A DNA stretch of 64,000 nt, from contig NC_057711.1 of the NCBI RefSeq assembly GCF_004010195.1, forward strand, positions 74,400,933 through 74,464,932, in the 5' to 3' direction. The translations under genes were made by a program, and so were the position numbers. Below are positions 26,075 to 39,202 of the stretch, in pieces; position 1 is the stretch's first letter; each line of letters begins with the position of its first letter. The notes below the pieces were generated by a model. That model worked only from the letters and a program-made list of their open reading frames with translations. It searched no databases and was not told the origin of the DNA. Source of the stretch: Chiloscyllium plagiosum (lineage: Eukaryota).

Positions 26075-26469
26075 GTGGTCAAATGAGTGCTAATCAATCG
26101 GGCTGCTTTATTCTGGATTGCATCCCTGGAAATGAACACATCCAAGTGGACAAGCATTGGGGAGATCGGAGATGAGTTACTCATCCCAGAGTTCCTAGCC
26201 TCTGACCTTCTGTTGTACCCACTTTATTTTTCTAGCCAGTCTGGTCAATAGTGACTAATAGTTTGTTGATTTTGGGGGATATGGTGTTGGTAATGCCATT
26301 GAACATCAAGAGATTATAGTTAGATTCTCTCTCATTGGAGATGGCCATTGCCTGGCACTTGCTTGGTGTGAATGTTATTTGCCTCTTTTCAGCTCAGTCC
26401 TGACTGCTGTGCAGGTCCAGCTACATATGGGTATAGACTGCTTCTGTACCTGAGGAGATAGCAGTAGTT

Positions 26470-27170
26470 TAAAAATGTGTTGCTGGAAAAGCGCAGCATC
26501 CAAGGAGAAGGAGAATTGACGTTTCGGGCATAAGCCCTTCTTCAGGAATGAGGAGGGTGTGCCAAGCAGGCGAAGATAAAAGGTAGGGAGGAGGGACTTG
26601 GGGGAGGGGTGTTGGAAATGCGATAGGTGGAAGGAGGTTAAGGTGAGGGTGATAGGCCGGAGAGGGGGTGGGGGCGGAGAGGTCAGGAAGAAGATTGTAN
26701 NNNNNNNNNNNNNNNNNNNNNNNNNNNNNNNNNNNNNNNNNNNNNNNNNNNNNNNNGGCGCTCTTCCTCCAGCCGTCATGTTGCTATGATCTGGCGATGG
26801 AGGAGTCGAAGGACCTGCATGTCCTTGGTGGAGTGGGAGGGGAAGTTGAAGTATTGAGCCACGGGGTGGTTGGGTTGGTTGGTCCGGGTGTCCCAGAGGT
26901 GTTCTCTGAAACGTTCCGCGAGTAGGCGGCCTGTCTCCCCAATACAGAGGAGGCTACATCGGGTGCAGCGGATGCGGTAAATAATGTGTGTGGAGGTGCA
27001 GGTGAATTTGTGGCGGATATGGAAGGATCCCTTGGGGCCTTGGAGGGAAGTAAGGGGGGAGGTGTGGGCGCAAGTTTTTCTTGCGGTTCCAGGGGAATGT
27101 GCCGGGAGTGGAGGTTGGGTTGGTGGGGGGTGTGGATCTGACGAGGGAGTCACGGAGGGAGTGGTCTTTT
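26470..27170 (-). mobile_element. Penelope-like element 3' part: GIY-YIG domain and hammerhead terminus
   Basis: FTCTSTHIIYRIRCTRCSLLCIGETGRLLAERFREH...PVAQYFN. Minus-strand cctgaagaagggcttatgcccgaaacgtc at about 26518-26546. Confidence 0.92.
26700..26756. other. Assembly gap (57 N)
   Basis: Run of N. Confidence 1.
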
Positions 27171-27229
27171 TGCAACTGCTGCTTAATAGCATTATTGATG
27201 ATGCTTTCATAACATCCAAAGCAAAACAG

Positions 27230-27635
27230 TCCATTTCATTGGCACCCTATCCATCACCTTCACTATTCACTCGCACCTATGGTGTCAACAATGGCTAACA
27301 TCTTTGTGTTGCACTGTAGTATCTCACCAAAGATCCTTTGATAGTGCCTTCCAAATGTTCAAACCCAAACACCTAGAAGGCCAATGGCAGCAGATACATG
27401 AGAACATCATCGAATACAGGTTTTCCTCCAAGTCACACACATTTTTGGCTTGGCATTATATTGCCTTTCCTTCACTATCACTGATACAAAATCTTGGAAT
27501 TCACTGTCTAAAAGCACTATTACAGCATCTACATCTGAAGGACTGTTGTGATTCCAGAAGGCAGTTCAACACCCCCATTTCAAGGGCAATTAAGGATGAA
27601 AATAAATACTAGCCTGGCCAATGACACTCATTACA
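27230..27635 (+). mobile_element. CR1/L2-group LINE 3' end
   Basis: Tail ...ttcaagggcaattaaggatgaaaataaatactagcc. Reverse-complement homology to 24440-24660. Confidence 0.6.
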
Positions 27636-27814
27636 TCAAAAAAATCAAAAGAATGTGAGGGTTCAGTCAACATTTCATTTGAATAACTGAGTCTCGAGGA
27701 GACAGAACAAAATTTAACAAGAATTGACGTGAGAATTTGATGAAAATAAATAAAATTAGCATTTAACCTAGTGAGTGAGTGAAAAGTGGCTTTACAAAAC
27801 AGAGCCAGAAATTG

Positions 27815-28045
27815 TTTAGGAACCTAGGAGCAGGAGGAAGCCATTCAGTCCCTTGTACCTGTTCTGCCATTCACTGAGATCATGGTTGATATATGGCCTC
27901 AATCCATATACCTACCTTTGACCCATATCCAGTAATACCTTTGCTGAAAAAAAAATCATCTATTGCAGATTTAAAATTAACCACTGAGCCAACATTTACT
28001 GACATTTGTGGAAGAGAGGTTGAAATATCTACCTCTCTTTGTGTG
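27815..28045 (-). mobile_element. Old CR1 3' end fragment
   Basis: Reverse complement of a CR1 3' UTR like that at 54470-54597 (ggagcaggaggaagccattcagtccc). Confidence 0.65.
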
Positions 28046-29202
28046 TAAACGTAATGCATTCAAGATTACTAAATCTCTCCAATGTAATAATTGTGTGAGC
28101 ATTGTAGGGTATTAGGGAATGATGGACCTATGAAATAAATTATCTGCAAACATTTTCAGAAATGTAAACTATAGACAGATACCAGGTAATGTGCTTCAGC
28201 AATCTGAGACATGTAAATATTAGCAAATTAAACTTTACAAAGGTGCCCAAGAAATTTAGGAAGCTGGTTTTGAATTTTGTTAGATTTATGCTTACTTGCT
28301 ATGCTATGTTTATGCTATGAAGACTACTTTGGACATTATTATTACTAACGCATTACTGTATTGTTTTAATTGGCCAGTAAATGTTTTGCTTTAATTGACA
28401 AAGATAATTTCCGTCATATTTTGAATCCATGTTAAAAAGTTATCTAATTTACAAAATTATAAAAACATTTGGTTCATTTTGCAAAATCACATGACTGGTG
28501 CAACTTTTGAAAATTGCCTTGTAAGTAAATAAAAGTTCATGCTGAAAATGTTTTTGCATTGTAATATTCTGATTGGAGATATTGGGGTAATTTGTTGTTT
28601 CTCAGAAGCACATGTCATGCTGATGGATCAGCTGAGCTTGCAACATGAGTGTGGATTTAGACAATTTTTGCAGCTCAGAATAAGGTCATGTCATTTTCTT
28701 CAATTGTGCTCATTCACGCTCTGCAAGCTTTCAGAGTACATAAACATTGTCATGGTGCCTGTAACATCCGTCTTCCTCAAATTCAGTGAGGAGGAGAAAG
28801 GGCCAGAGGCCTAATCTGCCAGGTATTCTTCACCTGCCTTCAGCACAGTCCTAGGATTTCTTGAGACTGTGCCAAATCATTTGACTGGTTCTGCGCGGGT
28901 AGTAGAAATTACACTCATTATCATGCAGTGGGAGGAGACATTCCAGGCTATTTCTTTTCAATGCCTGCAGCAGCAACTTGCCCCAGACTAAGAATATCTT
29001 AAAATACCTGGTTTAAATGTCAAACCTAAGTCCTCAATGGACTGAATAGTTGAAGAGGTCCAAGACACTATCAGCCAAGTAGGAATCGTTGCTTTAACTC
29101 CCAAGTAAAGTTGTGTATCCAGAGTGTTCTAAGAGTATTGAGTACCTACAGAAGAAAGTCTATTTGGCTTGCAACAACCCCTTATACGAAGGTCCTTAGA
29201 AG

Positions 29203-29527
29203 GGGTGGTATGGTAGCTCAGTGGTTAGCACTGCTGCCCCACAGCACCAGGGACCTGGGCTCAATTCCACCCTCAGGTAACGTCAGTGTGGAGTTTGCAC
29301 ATTCTCCCCATCTCTGCATGGGTTTCCTCCTACAATTCAAATGAGGTGCAAGTTAGGTGAATTGGCCATGCTAAATTGCCCATAGTGTTCAGGGATGTGT
29401 AGGTTAGGTGCAATAGTTAGGGGTAAATGTAGAGTAATAGGATAGGGGAATGGGTCACTCTTCGGAGGGTTGGTGTAGACTTGATAGGCCAAAATGGCCT
29501 GTTTCCACACTGTAGAGAGTCTATGAA
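29203..29527 (+). mobile_element. HE1/V-SINE-type SINE
   Basis: ggtagctcagtggttagcactgctgcc head, gtggagtttgcacattctcccc body and cctgtttccacactgtag tail. Confidence 0.88.
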
Positions 29528-30615
29528 ACTCTGTCTTGATTGCACTTGTATTACAATTCAAAGCTAAAGCTTTACTTGCACTCTCCTTGTGAGTTCGCCC
29601 TTGCTGGGAACTGATTACTATTGTGCTCCCCATTTCCTATGGGTCATGCCATGCTGGAATTGTGTGGAAAATTCTCACATTCTTCCTTGTTTTTGCATGA
29701 TTATTAAAATTGTCTATCCTCATTAATTATTTGCTGAACTGTTTGGAATATGTTTTCACCACTCACTCTCTCAGAATCTTTCTAGTTTTGAAAATATCTA
29801 TCAGGTTACCTTTAACTTTCATTGTTTTAATTATATATAAGAAAACAAATTGAGCGTTTCATCATATAATTTCTCATTTTTGAAATAATTTGAACAAATT
29901 GCAATCCTAATTTAATCTTTTACATTAAAAATTGGTGTAAAATAATCGCTAAACATTTTTTTGTTTTCCTAACCCTTGGTCGCAAGCTAGTATTTTTAGC
30001 ATTTGTATTATCCTGTTTGTTCTTTACACAACCTATAACACCACTTCCTATTTCCTTTTTATGTTGAATATCAGTCTTTCAGATTTCTTCTAGGGTTTCA
30101 AAATTTTCCTTTTCTCTTCACATTTACATTCTCCCAGCTAATTTGATGACCATTTCTCCCCTTGCCCTACCTTAGCTACCCAGTGATACAATATGAAAAC
30201 TTATTGTAAGTTCCAGTGCAATAATTCTAAACAAACTGAAAATACAAGTGAGAAGGATTTGTGAAATTTCCATAATGCTGCCAAGTAGCTTTTGTTAATG
30301 TCTCATGGAATAGTAACCGAAACACCAGTCCCATAGCACTCTTTGAAATAATGCTGATCAGAAAGAAAAACTGAAAAGAGAAACTGGGGCACTCCTACCC
30401 TTCCTTCCTGCTAGTCCTGGATATATGACATCAATATCCCTTGTGTTCAATATTTCACCTCCCAGTGTCCATATTTATTTTTCCAAGTGGAAGGAAAATA
30501 GCCAGTACTCAATGGACAACTAGCAGCTCATCACATACAGCCTGAATCAGATCAACATTAGATAATATTGATGGGTTGACCTCAGCCTATCGATGAATTC
30601 AGTCAATTTATGCAT

Positions 30616-30740
30616 AAAGTAAAAAATCACACAACACTGGGTTATAGTCCAACAGGGTTATTTGAAACCTGTTGGACTATAACCCAGTGTCATGTGATTT
30701 TTGACTTTGTCCACCCAGTTCAACACTGGCAGCTCCACGC
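30616..30740. mobile_element. Minimal Penelope-terminus hairpin (about 41-bp arms)
   Basis: 30616-30656 is the near reverse complement of 30668-30708. Same terminus as 2243-3874. Flanks caatttatgc / caattcatgt. Confidence 0.85.
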
Positions 30741-32689
30741 CAATTCATGTGTAAGCATTCAAACTGTATTTACCCTATTATTTTGTAAATAACAAGATTA
30801 AAGGTTTTGACATGACCTTTTCACAAAAATATTAGAACATTGAGGTTGGTCCAGACAAAAATTGTGCCTTCAGTTTAGTCAGCAAAGTAAAGCCTATAAT
30901 CTCTACCCAGTTTTTGTCTACAGTTGTGTGATCTGATTATGAAAGCTGTGCTCACAAGGAGAGAACATTGAGCTCAGAGCCACGAAACTTTAATTTTAGT
31001 CGCCTCACCTCTAGCCCTCTGAGTATGATTCCCTGCTGGCACCAGACCATTGAAGAATCACATCTGTTATCTTATATTCTACTGGCACCTATTATTTATT
31101 TTGGAGGCAGAGATATTTTATTTTTAAGGATATTCAGTAATGGAAATGATTTTTAAAGGTGTTAATTCAGCTCATCAAAAATTTAAACATTGAGGACGAA
31201 TCTTATGGCAATCAAACTATGGGATTCTTTGGTATCAAATGAAGAAGATGAGCAAAACTACTGAGATAGCCTAGATATGCAAGATCTCACCATCAGGTGC
31301 TTTGCAGTGATTCCTTTCTGATAAGTAATGAAGAGCTTTGTTTACCATTTACAAACAATTTATTTTTTACCTATTCATTTGGTATAATTTATGGTCAGTA
31401 ATCACCCTTAGCTGTGGTGTTAAACAACTTTAGATGAGAAAATATCTAGGATATTTCCCCAGCTTTTGAAAGTGCATTAATTGCAAAATATTTCTTGATA
31501 TTCCAGTTCTAATCATTTAAATGAGTAACAAAAAAATGTGATTTTGCCTTGGTGGTGCCTACACAATAATGGTTAGAACCTTTTTACCCAGCATGATGTC
31601 TTTTAGTCACAATCTTTTGTTTCTTGGCATAATTGTTTTGTATTATAATATTCCTCTATATACAGGAACATAGATAATATTACTTAAATTGTCTAGTATG
31701 ATTTTAGCTGATAATAGCATGATTGTAGCATGTGTTTAAAAGGGTAATTTGACGACCGGAAAATATTAATTTCACTAATAACAAAAGTGCCATTAGCACT
31801 GAGGTTTGTCCTTGCCATAATGACATTTTTATAGCAGAGAAACAGAAAAGCATCAAATGTACTGTTTTGTTTGTAGCAGTGCCGAGATTCATTAATATTA
31901 TCAATGAAGTAATCATACCTCAATACTCTATAGAAATGGATATTTTAAGAGCTTTACAGTATTGTAGTCAGATGTGGATGAGAGGGAAAAACATTGTTGC
32001 TATTATGTAGCTAGTTTTGCAACAAAAAATGGATTTCCTCATTGAAGGTTCATGGAAGTTTAAAAAAATAGCTCATGAAATGATTTTATTTTAAATGTAC
32101 AAAACAAAGCATTATTTATTTTAACATTAACTTTCATATATCTGTTTTATATTATTGGTCCAGAAAAATATTACATTTAATACATTGTCCATTTTTAAAG
32201 TCGTAATTCCATCAAGAGTAGATTGATATATTTCTGTGAGGGACAGTGCATCAAAAAGCCAAGGAAAATGGATTTTAAATCAGTGGATACACTGAACTCA
32301 TCTTTACATTTTAGCATATACTTTACAATAGACTCTTCACATCTTGGGTTACTGTTTTTGTACAGATAAAGCTTTTAAAGACCATTAGATATAATCAGAC
32401 TCTGCATTAAAAGTGGCAGAATTCGAAATGCTGGTTTCTGCTGTAGAGCCTGATGAATTCAGTTTAAATCAAAACAAATAGAGGAACCAAACTTTAGATC
32501 ATTCAGTCCTGACAATGCGGCATCTACCTGAAATTTCGGCATATTTTCTCCAACTGGATAGAGACAGGGTCTCATGTGTGTTGGGACTGAAAGTCAATTC
32601 AAATTTACATTGTGACACATCCATGGCTAACAATTTCTTTTGAATATCAGAAGTTATATAGAGCCTTTACATTTTATCTGCAACGTCAG

Positions 32690-32860
32690 GAGTGAAATGA
32701 TTGGAAGTGAGTTTAATCTGAAAGTCACCATGTCTCAAGCAAGGGGCAAAGATTAGAAGGCGGGACCTTCCTGGTGACTTCAGCCATATGGGAATTGAAA
32801 CCGGGCTGTTGGCATCATTCTCTATCTGAAACCAGCCATCCTGCCATCTGAGCTAACCAA
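32690..32860 (-). mobile_element. Decayed tRNA-derived SINE 5' part (third family)
   Basis: Minus-strand ggttagctcagatggcaggatggctgg...cccggtttcaattccc has A/B boxes. Confidence 0.65.
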
Positions 32861-34069
32861 ATCCCAAATGTCTAAGGGCATGGTCCATAGGCAGTGCCTA
32901 CATGCACCTCATGGTCATGGACATTGGCATCCGATATGCCAACAACTCCCCACCATCATGATATATCTCTAATCAGTAGAATTCTACACTGCCACGCTGC
33001 ACTTTTGGAGCACCATGGCACCTTTCATTGTCATGTTGCCACAAGACCGCTTTGCGCACAAGGACAGGCACTGATCACAAATTGGACCAGGCTGCATCTC
33101 AGAACTGGTTGCTTACTTTCTTATTGCTCACTCACTTAGTAATACCTGGATGCTTTCAGTACTCATGCCTTGCCTTTTACTCTCTATCCCCACAGGTACA
33201 GTTTAGAAGCTCACCATAATTCTGTCTTGCCTTGCAGTTTAGCACAGACACAACATTTGTCATGCTGGTCAGTAGTCATCAGTTAAGAGGGTGGACATGG
33301 TACTATTTGGCACAGTACTATGTCAGTCTCATATCTACAAAACATGCCAAGAATCTATGCGGCAGACACACTGCATGTGAATCAAAGGAATGGTCATGTC
33401 TCAAAGTCAAAGTGAAATAGTCTTTAGTCAAGTGAAGGGAGGGCTGCTGTTCATCAGAGGAATCCCAGTGCATCATCTCCAATCAATCCAGGGCTTTTGG
33501 CCTCGTAAGATGTCCACTAAAGTGTTCTGGGTCAGGGAGCACAATTCATTACAGTCTGGGGAGTGGGGCCATAGTCAATTGTGTAGGTCCAGTATAACTA
33601 GGCAGGGGATTAATGAATGGTCAGTTGGAGAGATGCATGGAGATCGATTAGAAATCTGGTAATTCATCATTCCGTTTGTCTGATGATGTTGTTCAAGGTG
33701 TACAGCATGGTCAGCCATGGGGGTCAGCAGAATTAACGTCACCCAGAGTTTCTCGAGGTACAGTTGCAAAGGGAAGGTGAGAGATTCAACAGTATGATTG
33801 GAGGCAGCAACCTGGGATGGGAAGGAACAAGCATAGTGAAGGAAGGAGATTTGATAGATGAGGGAGGTAGAGCAAGGGAGATAGGGTGATAGGTTCTCAT
33901 CACAGCTCTGACCAGGACTGGGAACTATGCAGCAACATGGTGAGTGTGACCAAACTAAAATGATGGGGCTGCAGAGGTAAAGCTGAGGGTGAAAGTTGTA
34001 GTTCAAGGGAGTGGATGGGAACGCATGCACTTTCAGTAGAGATGGCCAGGAAGAGTTAGGTAAAAAGGG

Positions 34070-34265
34070 ACAAAAAGAGAAATTGCTGGCAAAACTCAGC
34101 AAGTCTGGCAGCATAGGTGGGAAGAAAGCAGAGTTAATATTCTGATGAAGAGTCGCCAGACTCGAATCATTATCTCTGCTTTCTTTCCAAAGATGCTACC
34201 AGGCCTGCTGAGTTTCACCAGAAATTTTTTTTTGGACCTTGAATATTTGCAGTTCTTTGCTTTAG
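34070..34265. mobile_element. Penelope-terminus fold-back element of another subfamily with a hammerhead-like core
   Basis: Arms at about 34072-34137 and 34168-34232. Centre CTGATGA-A-GAGTC-GCCA-GACTC-GAAT. Confidence 0.75.
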
Positions 34266-34750
34266 TTTAAGTGGAAAGGGACCTGGAGCTTTAGGAGGGG
34301 ATCTGAAGACTAGGTCAAACTGGCAGTCTATGTGTCAAGCACAGTGTTCGCTACCTTTTTGATCCGCCATGTGCTAAATGTGATGAATGGAAGAAGACTG
34401 CAAACACACTAGAGTGGATGGACTCAGTATTGGGCTCCACATCTAAGTGCTGGGAAGCCCTTAAAGGGGCAATTATGTCAATCAGGCACTTGCCAATTTA
34501 AGGTTGAAATGATTGAAATCATATCATTACATACAGTGAAATGCATACAGTGTACTCGTGAGTGGGATGCAAATGCTGATCACAAGCAATCCTGACAATG
34601 TCATTGGTCCATGCCAATTAAAGAAAGGCATGTCTGTGAAGCAAAAGTAATCACAGAAGACTTTAAATGAGGTAACTAAGGGCCAAAACAGACACAATTA
34701 ATACATGACCTCCTGGATCTAAGAGACATTGGAATGATTCTCCCTCAACT

Positions 34751-35050
34751 GGCATGGTGGCTCAGTGGTTAGCATTGCTGCCTCAGAGTGCAAGGAATCC
34801 ATGCTCGATCCCAGGCTCGAGCGGTTGTCTGTTGAGAGTTTGTACCCGGGTGCTCCGGTTTCCTCCCACAGTCAAAAGATGTGCAGGTTAGGTGAATTGG
34901 CTATAGTGTTCAGGGATTTGTAGGTTAGGTGCATTCGTCAGGGGTAAATATAGGATAGTAGAGTAGGGGTCTGGATGGCTTACACTTCGGAGGGTCAGTG
35001 TAGACTTGTTGGGCCAAAGGGCTTGTTTTCACACTATAGGGATTCTATGA
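34751..35050 (+). mobile_element. HE1/V-SINE-type SINE
   Basis: ggtggctcagtggttagcattgctgcctca head, ccgggtgctccggtttcctcccacagtc body and ctatga tail. Confidence 0.88.
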
Positions 35051-36079
35051 ACCTAAACTGTAAGTATCATGCCAAATTCTTCTCTTATATGCAATGATGT
35101 CTTCTATGGCTGTTGTGGAGCTGAACTTCATACATACATTTAAATTATGCACCATATTCATTATGTTTTTGCTGCCAGTGTTGTTGAGTTGTACTGTCTT
35201 GTTGGTCACTTGTGTTTTGTTCAGGGGTCTGGTTTGTTCTTTGACAGCAAATTTCCCTCACATCTGTGCCCAGTATCCCATGGACATAAACTGGTGATGG
35301 CTGTGAAACCTGCAAAACTCATATCAAGCCTCAATACAGAATGATACTTTAGAGAATGTCACAGGAAGCAATTCAGATCTGACAAAAACTGTACAGCAAT
35401 AGAAGAAATTTGTAGCTCCAAAACAAAGGTAAAGGCTACATCATGAGGTGGTGGTCTGTGGAAGTGCTCCTGATTCCAAGTTACGTCAATAAACAAATCA
35501 TTCATCAAGGATTGCATGAGTCAAAACAAAAAATTCCTGACGTAAAAATGGAAACTTTAGATGGTGAAGCAATTTAAACTGAAAGGGCAGTAATTTTAAT
35601 TAAAGGAGGCTCCAATTGAATGTTGTCACCATGGCACTTCAATACTACAAGACAGAGCTGCTAATGCAAAACTAAGAGCATCATGAGAGAAAATATGTAC
35701 ATTCTGAAGAAAACCAAACCAATTAAAGCAGGTATGCATTGTGTAGAGACGTATGAGATACTGTGAGAAATATGGAACTTTTTTTCTGAAAGCCAACAGA
35801 ATGTAATTACTAGTTATATTGAGGCTCCAAAGTGCTGAAAAGTTTCCATTACAGCCACAACGGGTGAGAAACCTTCCATTACAGCCAGGAACAGTGGGAA
35901 CCCTCCTTTTAGCCATAAAGCGCTGGAAAATACTCTTTACAGCTACAAAGGGCAGCAAACTCCCATAACAACCACAAAGGGCAGGAAAAGCCTTGGTATA
36001 ACATAGTGAAGCATGGGAGAGTCACCATTACTACAGAATAAAAATATTTAAATAATTAAAACAGCTAATCGCATTAGGA

Positions 36080-37510
36080 AGCTATGGCATCAGAACTGGT
36101 ATTTCACTGGATATCTCAGAGAGGTGTGAATGATTACATTTGTTTGTGTACACAACTGGGAATGTAGCAGATGATGTTATTGATCTCCAATGGGTACATA
36201 AAATTGCTGACAAATTCAATGAGGTATAGAAAGCCTTTGACAATTATTCCAACCCCAGAACTAATAAAATTCTTGAAGGGATATCATTAAACAAAATGGC
36301 GCTGCATCCAGATGAATCCATTGATGATTTCAGTATTGTTCTCTACAAGTTAACAGAGAGATATGACTCTGGTGCATTAAAGTCAGGGAAAAATATTTTA
36401 GGCAAATTTATTACTTTCTAAAGAAAACCTGAGTCCAGAGAAAGCCCTTTCTATGTTCATAGAGTTATAGAGATATACAGCATGGAAAGAGACTCTTCAG
36501 TCCAATCCGTCAATGCCGACCAGATATCCTAGATTAATCTAGTTCCGTTTGCCAGCACTTGGCCCATCTCCCTCTAAACCCTTCATATTCATGTACCCAT
36601 CCAGATGCCTTTTAAATGTTGTGATTGTACCAGCCTCCACCACTTCCTTTGGCAGCTCATTCCATATATGCAACCCCCTCTACATGAAAAAGTTGCCGCT
36701 TAGGTGAATGATACAGTGGCCTGGAAGTAAAACAGACCAGTTCTAAGGAGACAAAATAAAACTTGCTACAGGATTTCCACAGAATCCATTAATTTATTGA
36801 GTTATAAAACCATAAAAGAAACACAAAGTAACCCAATGTAGTGGGTGGGACAGAGGTCAGTCATTACAAGGCCTTGCTAATGCTGTGGAGCAGGGAACCT
36901 CAAAGTGCAAATAGTGTTTAGTTTTTAGAAGTGAATACCGTTATTGTAAGAAAGTAGGCCACTTTCAAAAAATGTGCTGAACTAAGACTACTGAAAAGCA
37001 GAAGATTGAAGAACTACATTTACACAAAGGTAAGTTAGATGAACAGATCCATAATTGAAGAAACCAATGGTTTTTTCTGGGGGAAATCAGGGACCTGGAT
37101 CAATTATTTTGACATTCTTATAAATTTCAAGTTAGATGCTGGAACAAGTGTTATGGATTGAGAGGTATGTTAACAAAACAGTTGACAGAAGTTCAACCCT
37201 ATCATCTGGGGGGATTACACTTAACATAAAAGGTACATTACAAACAACTCTCCAACATAAGGATCCCAACATTAGAAAACCTTCATGTAATTCACAACCC
37301 AAAAACTTCTCTCTGAGGTGGAAGGGCATGTATTGACCTCAATCTCATTCAAAAAATTGGAAGAGAACATAAGCAACAGAAAGCTCTTTCAGAAAGCAAT
37401 GTCCCAATCTGTTCACAGGGCTAGGAAAAATAATAACCAAATAATATATTGAAGAAAGGTATTAAACTCTATTGTCTTTATACTCCCAGGTTGATACCAT
37501 ATAAACATCC
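36080..37510 (+). mobile_element. Gypsy gag-protease remnant
   Basis: HPDESIDDFSIVLYKLTERYDSGALK (gag, about 36300-36380), YCKKVGHFQKMC (zinc knuckle, about 36940-36978) and INFKLDAGTS (aspartic protease motif, about 37120-37150). Confidence 0.75.
36457..36705 (-). mobile_element. CR1 3' end fragment inserted in the Gypsy gag
   Basis: (tcatagag) tail complement and CR1 3' UTR. Confidence 0.88.
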
Positions 37511-39202
37511 TGAGAACCAACTTAAAGATACTGCTGATGCTGAGTGCTTGCATGTTTATTTGTATTAATTCATTTTGCACAATTTCAAGGGATTAAAATA
37601 TGATTAAAAAGCTACTTAAGTGCATTATTTTATTTGAATTGAAAGGAATACAGATTTCTGGTGTTTCTGGATGGGAGAGAATTTTGCAACTGGGTACATA
37701 CTCATTGTAATGATCTCTGAGATGTATTATACAGAGTATTTTGAGAAAGACATCAAGTATAACAAAGATGTAGAAATACAGTTCTTGGTTTCCTAGAACT
37801 GCAAAGGGATAAAAACCTCAAAGTGCAAATAGGTTTTATGAAGTGAAACTAGACTCAAATTCTCTGAGCTATGTAATTGAATGGAAGCTTTTTTGGCTGT
37901 CCTAAATTTTTCCTTCTGCTATTAAAGTAATGGAGATGTTGGAGGGAGTAACTTTATTTTGACTCAGTGTACATCGCCTGGTGGAATCACTGTAAACAAT
38001 TTCCAAACTTTTATTTTCAGACATATGCTCTTTACTTGCTACTTCAAACCTGTGAGCAGGAAAGACATTTCAGCTCTTTAACTTCAGCATACCTGATTTT
38101 AAAAAAAAAATTGACATTGCAAAATATAGAACAAGGAAACCACAGCAAACTGATAAAAGTAACTGAACAATTTTGAACTTATTATTGGAAAGCTGAATTG
38201 AAGAGATTTTCCAGCATCCAAAATATTAAGTTTATAGGAAATTTATCTTTTGTGTTAATTGAAATGATCAGAAGACTCTTTTATGGCATTTAGTCGCTAT
38301 ATATGAGTAAAACTCAAGCTGAAACTAATGAACAATCAAGTTTAAAACATTGACGCTTATTTGAGGAACAGACTGTACCATTTGGCTTTCAGAGGCAAAA
38401 AACAGTTTCTCTTTACAATGCAGACTGCATCATAAAACATTGTTGATTTTCAGGGCTTCCCCCAACCCCATGAGTGATGCAAAGGACTGTAATTTCCTGT
38501 GAGTGTTGTGCGTCATAAGTTAGACTGCTAATAAAAAGGATTTGTTTTCTTTTTTCGCTTGATGCACGAAGGCACAATGGTTTATTCAGTAAAACAAACT
38601 GTTCACTGTTATCCATAACAAGGGTGGCTTTGTGCAGCCTAGAGTTCTGTTGAATTGACTCCTCTTCAGAGCTGGTTCATGCAAATTGAAATCAAGACCA
38701 AAGACGTTTGTGTGAATGCTGCATCTATATTGCTCTTTCAAGTGTAATCATTTAGAATGAACTAAGTTGTGTTATGTTCCCAGAATAATAACAAACATCT
38801 ACAATGAAAGAAGAGAACAATACAATTTCTCTTACTAATAAAAGGTTTCTGTCAGTGCACCATGTAAATTCCCTTTACAGATAAATTAATTATGCTTCTT
38901 AAAGCAATCATTATCTAATCAGAACTGCTCTGTAATATTGGTGGTAAATACTTATGTAGTAAACAATATTTTCACAACAATAAAATCATCTGACCTTGGC
39001 TTTTTGCTGATGAATCAGCTTATTGCAAATAGAAGAAATATAAGATACAGTCACAAATTTAAGTAAATGACTGATACAGTCATAGTCTAACAATTGATCA
39101 CATTACTATGGCTTTTCAAAGAAACAATTCAAATTGTGTACTAATATTTTACATTTTCACAAGTGTGGTAGTGTTCCTCCTTTTGGTATTGTGAATAAAT
39201 TA

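Larger units (their letters stand above)
23990..27225 (-). mobile_element. Old CR1/L2-group LINE 3' portion split by three younger insertions
   Basis: Collinear pieces at about 23990-24080, 24437-24673, 26075-26465 and 27172-27225. They are the reverse complement of the family seen at 27230-27635. Confidence 0.6.

Noticed and set aside
28606..28684. Possible small exon (pyrimidine tract plus cag ... AAG|gt)
   Set aside because: The donor GTCATG is weak, the peptide is unrecognisable, and no partner exons were found.
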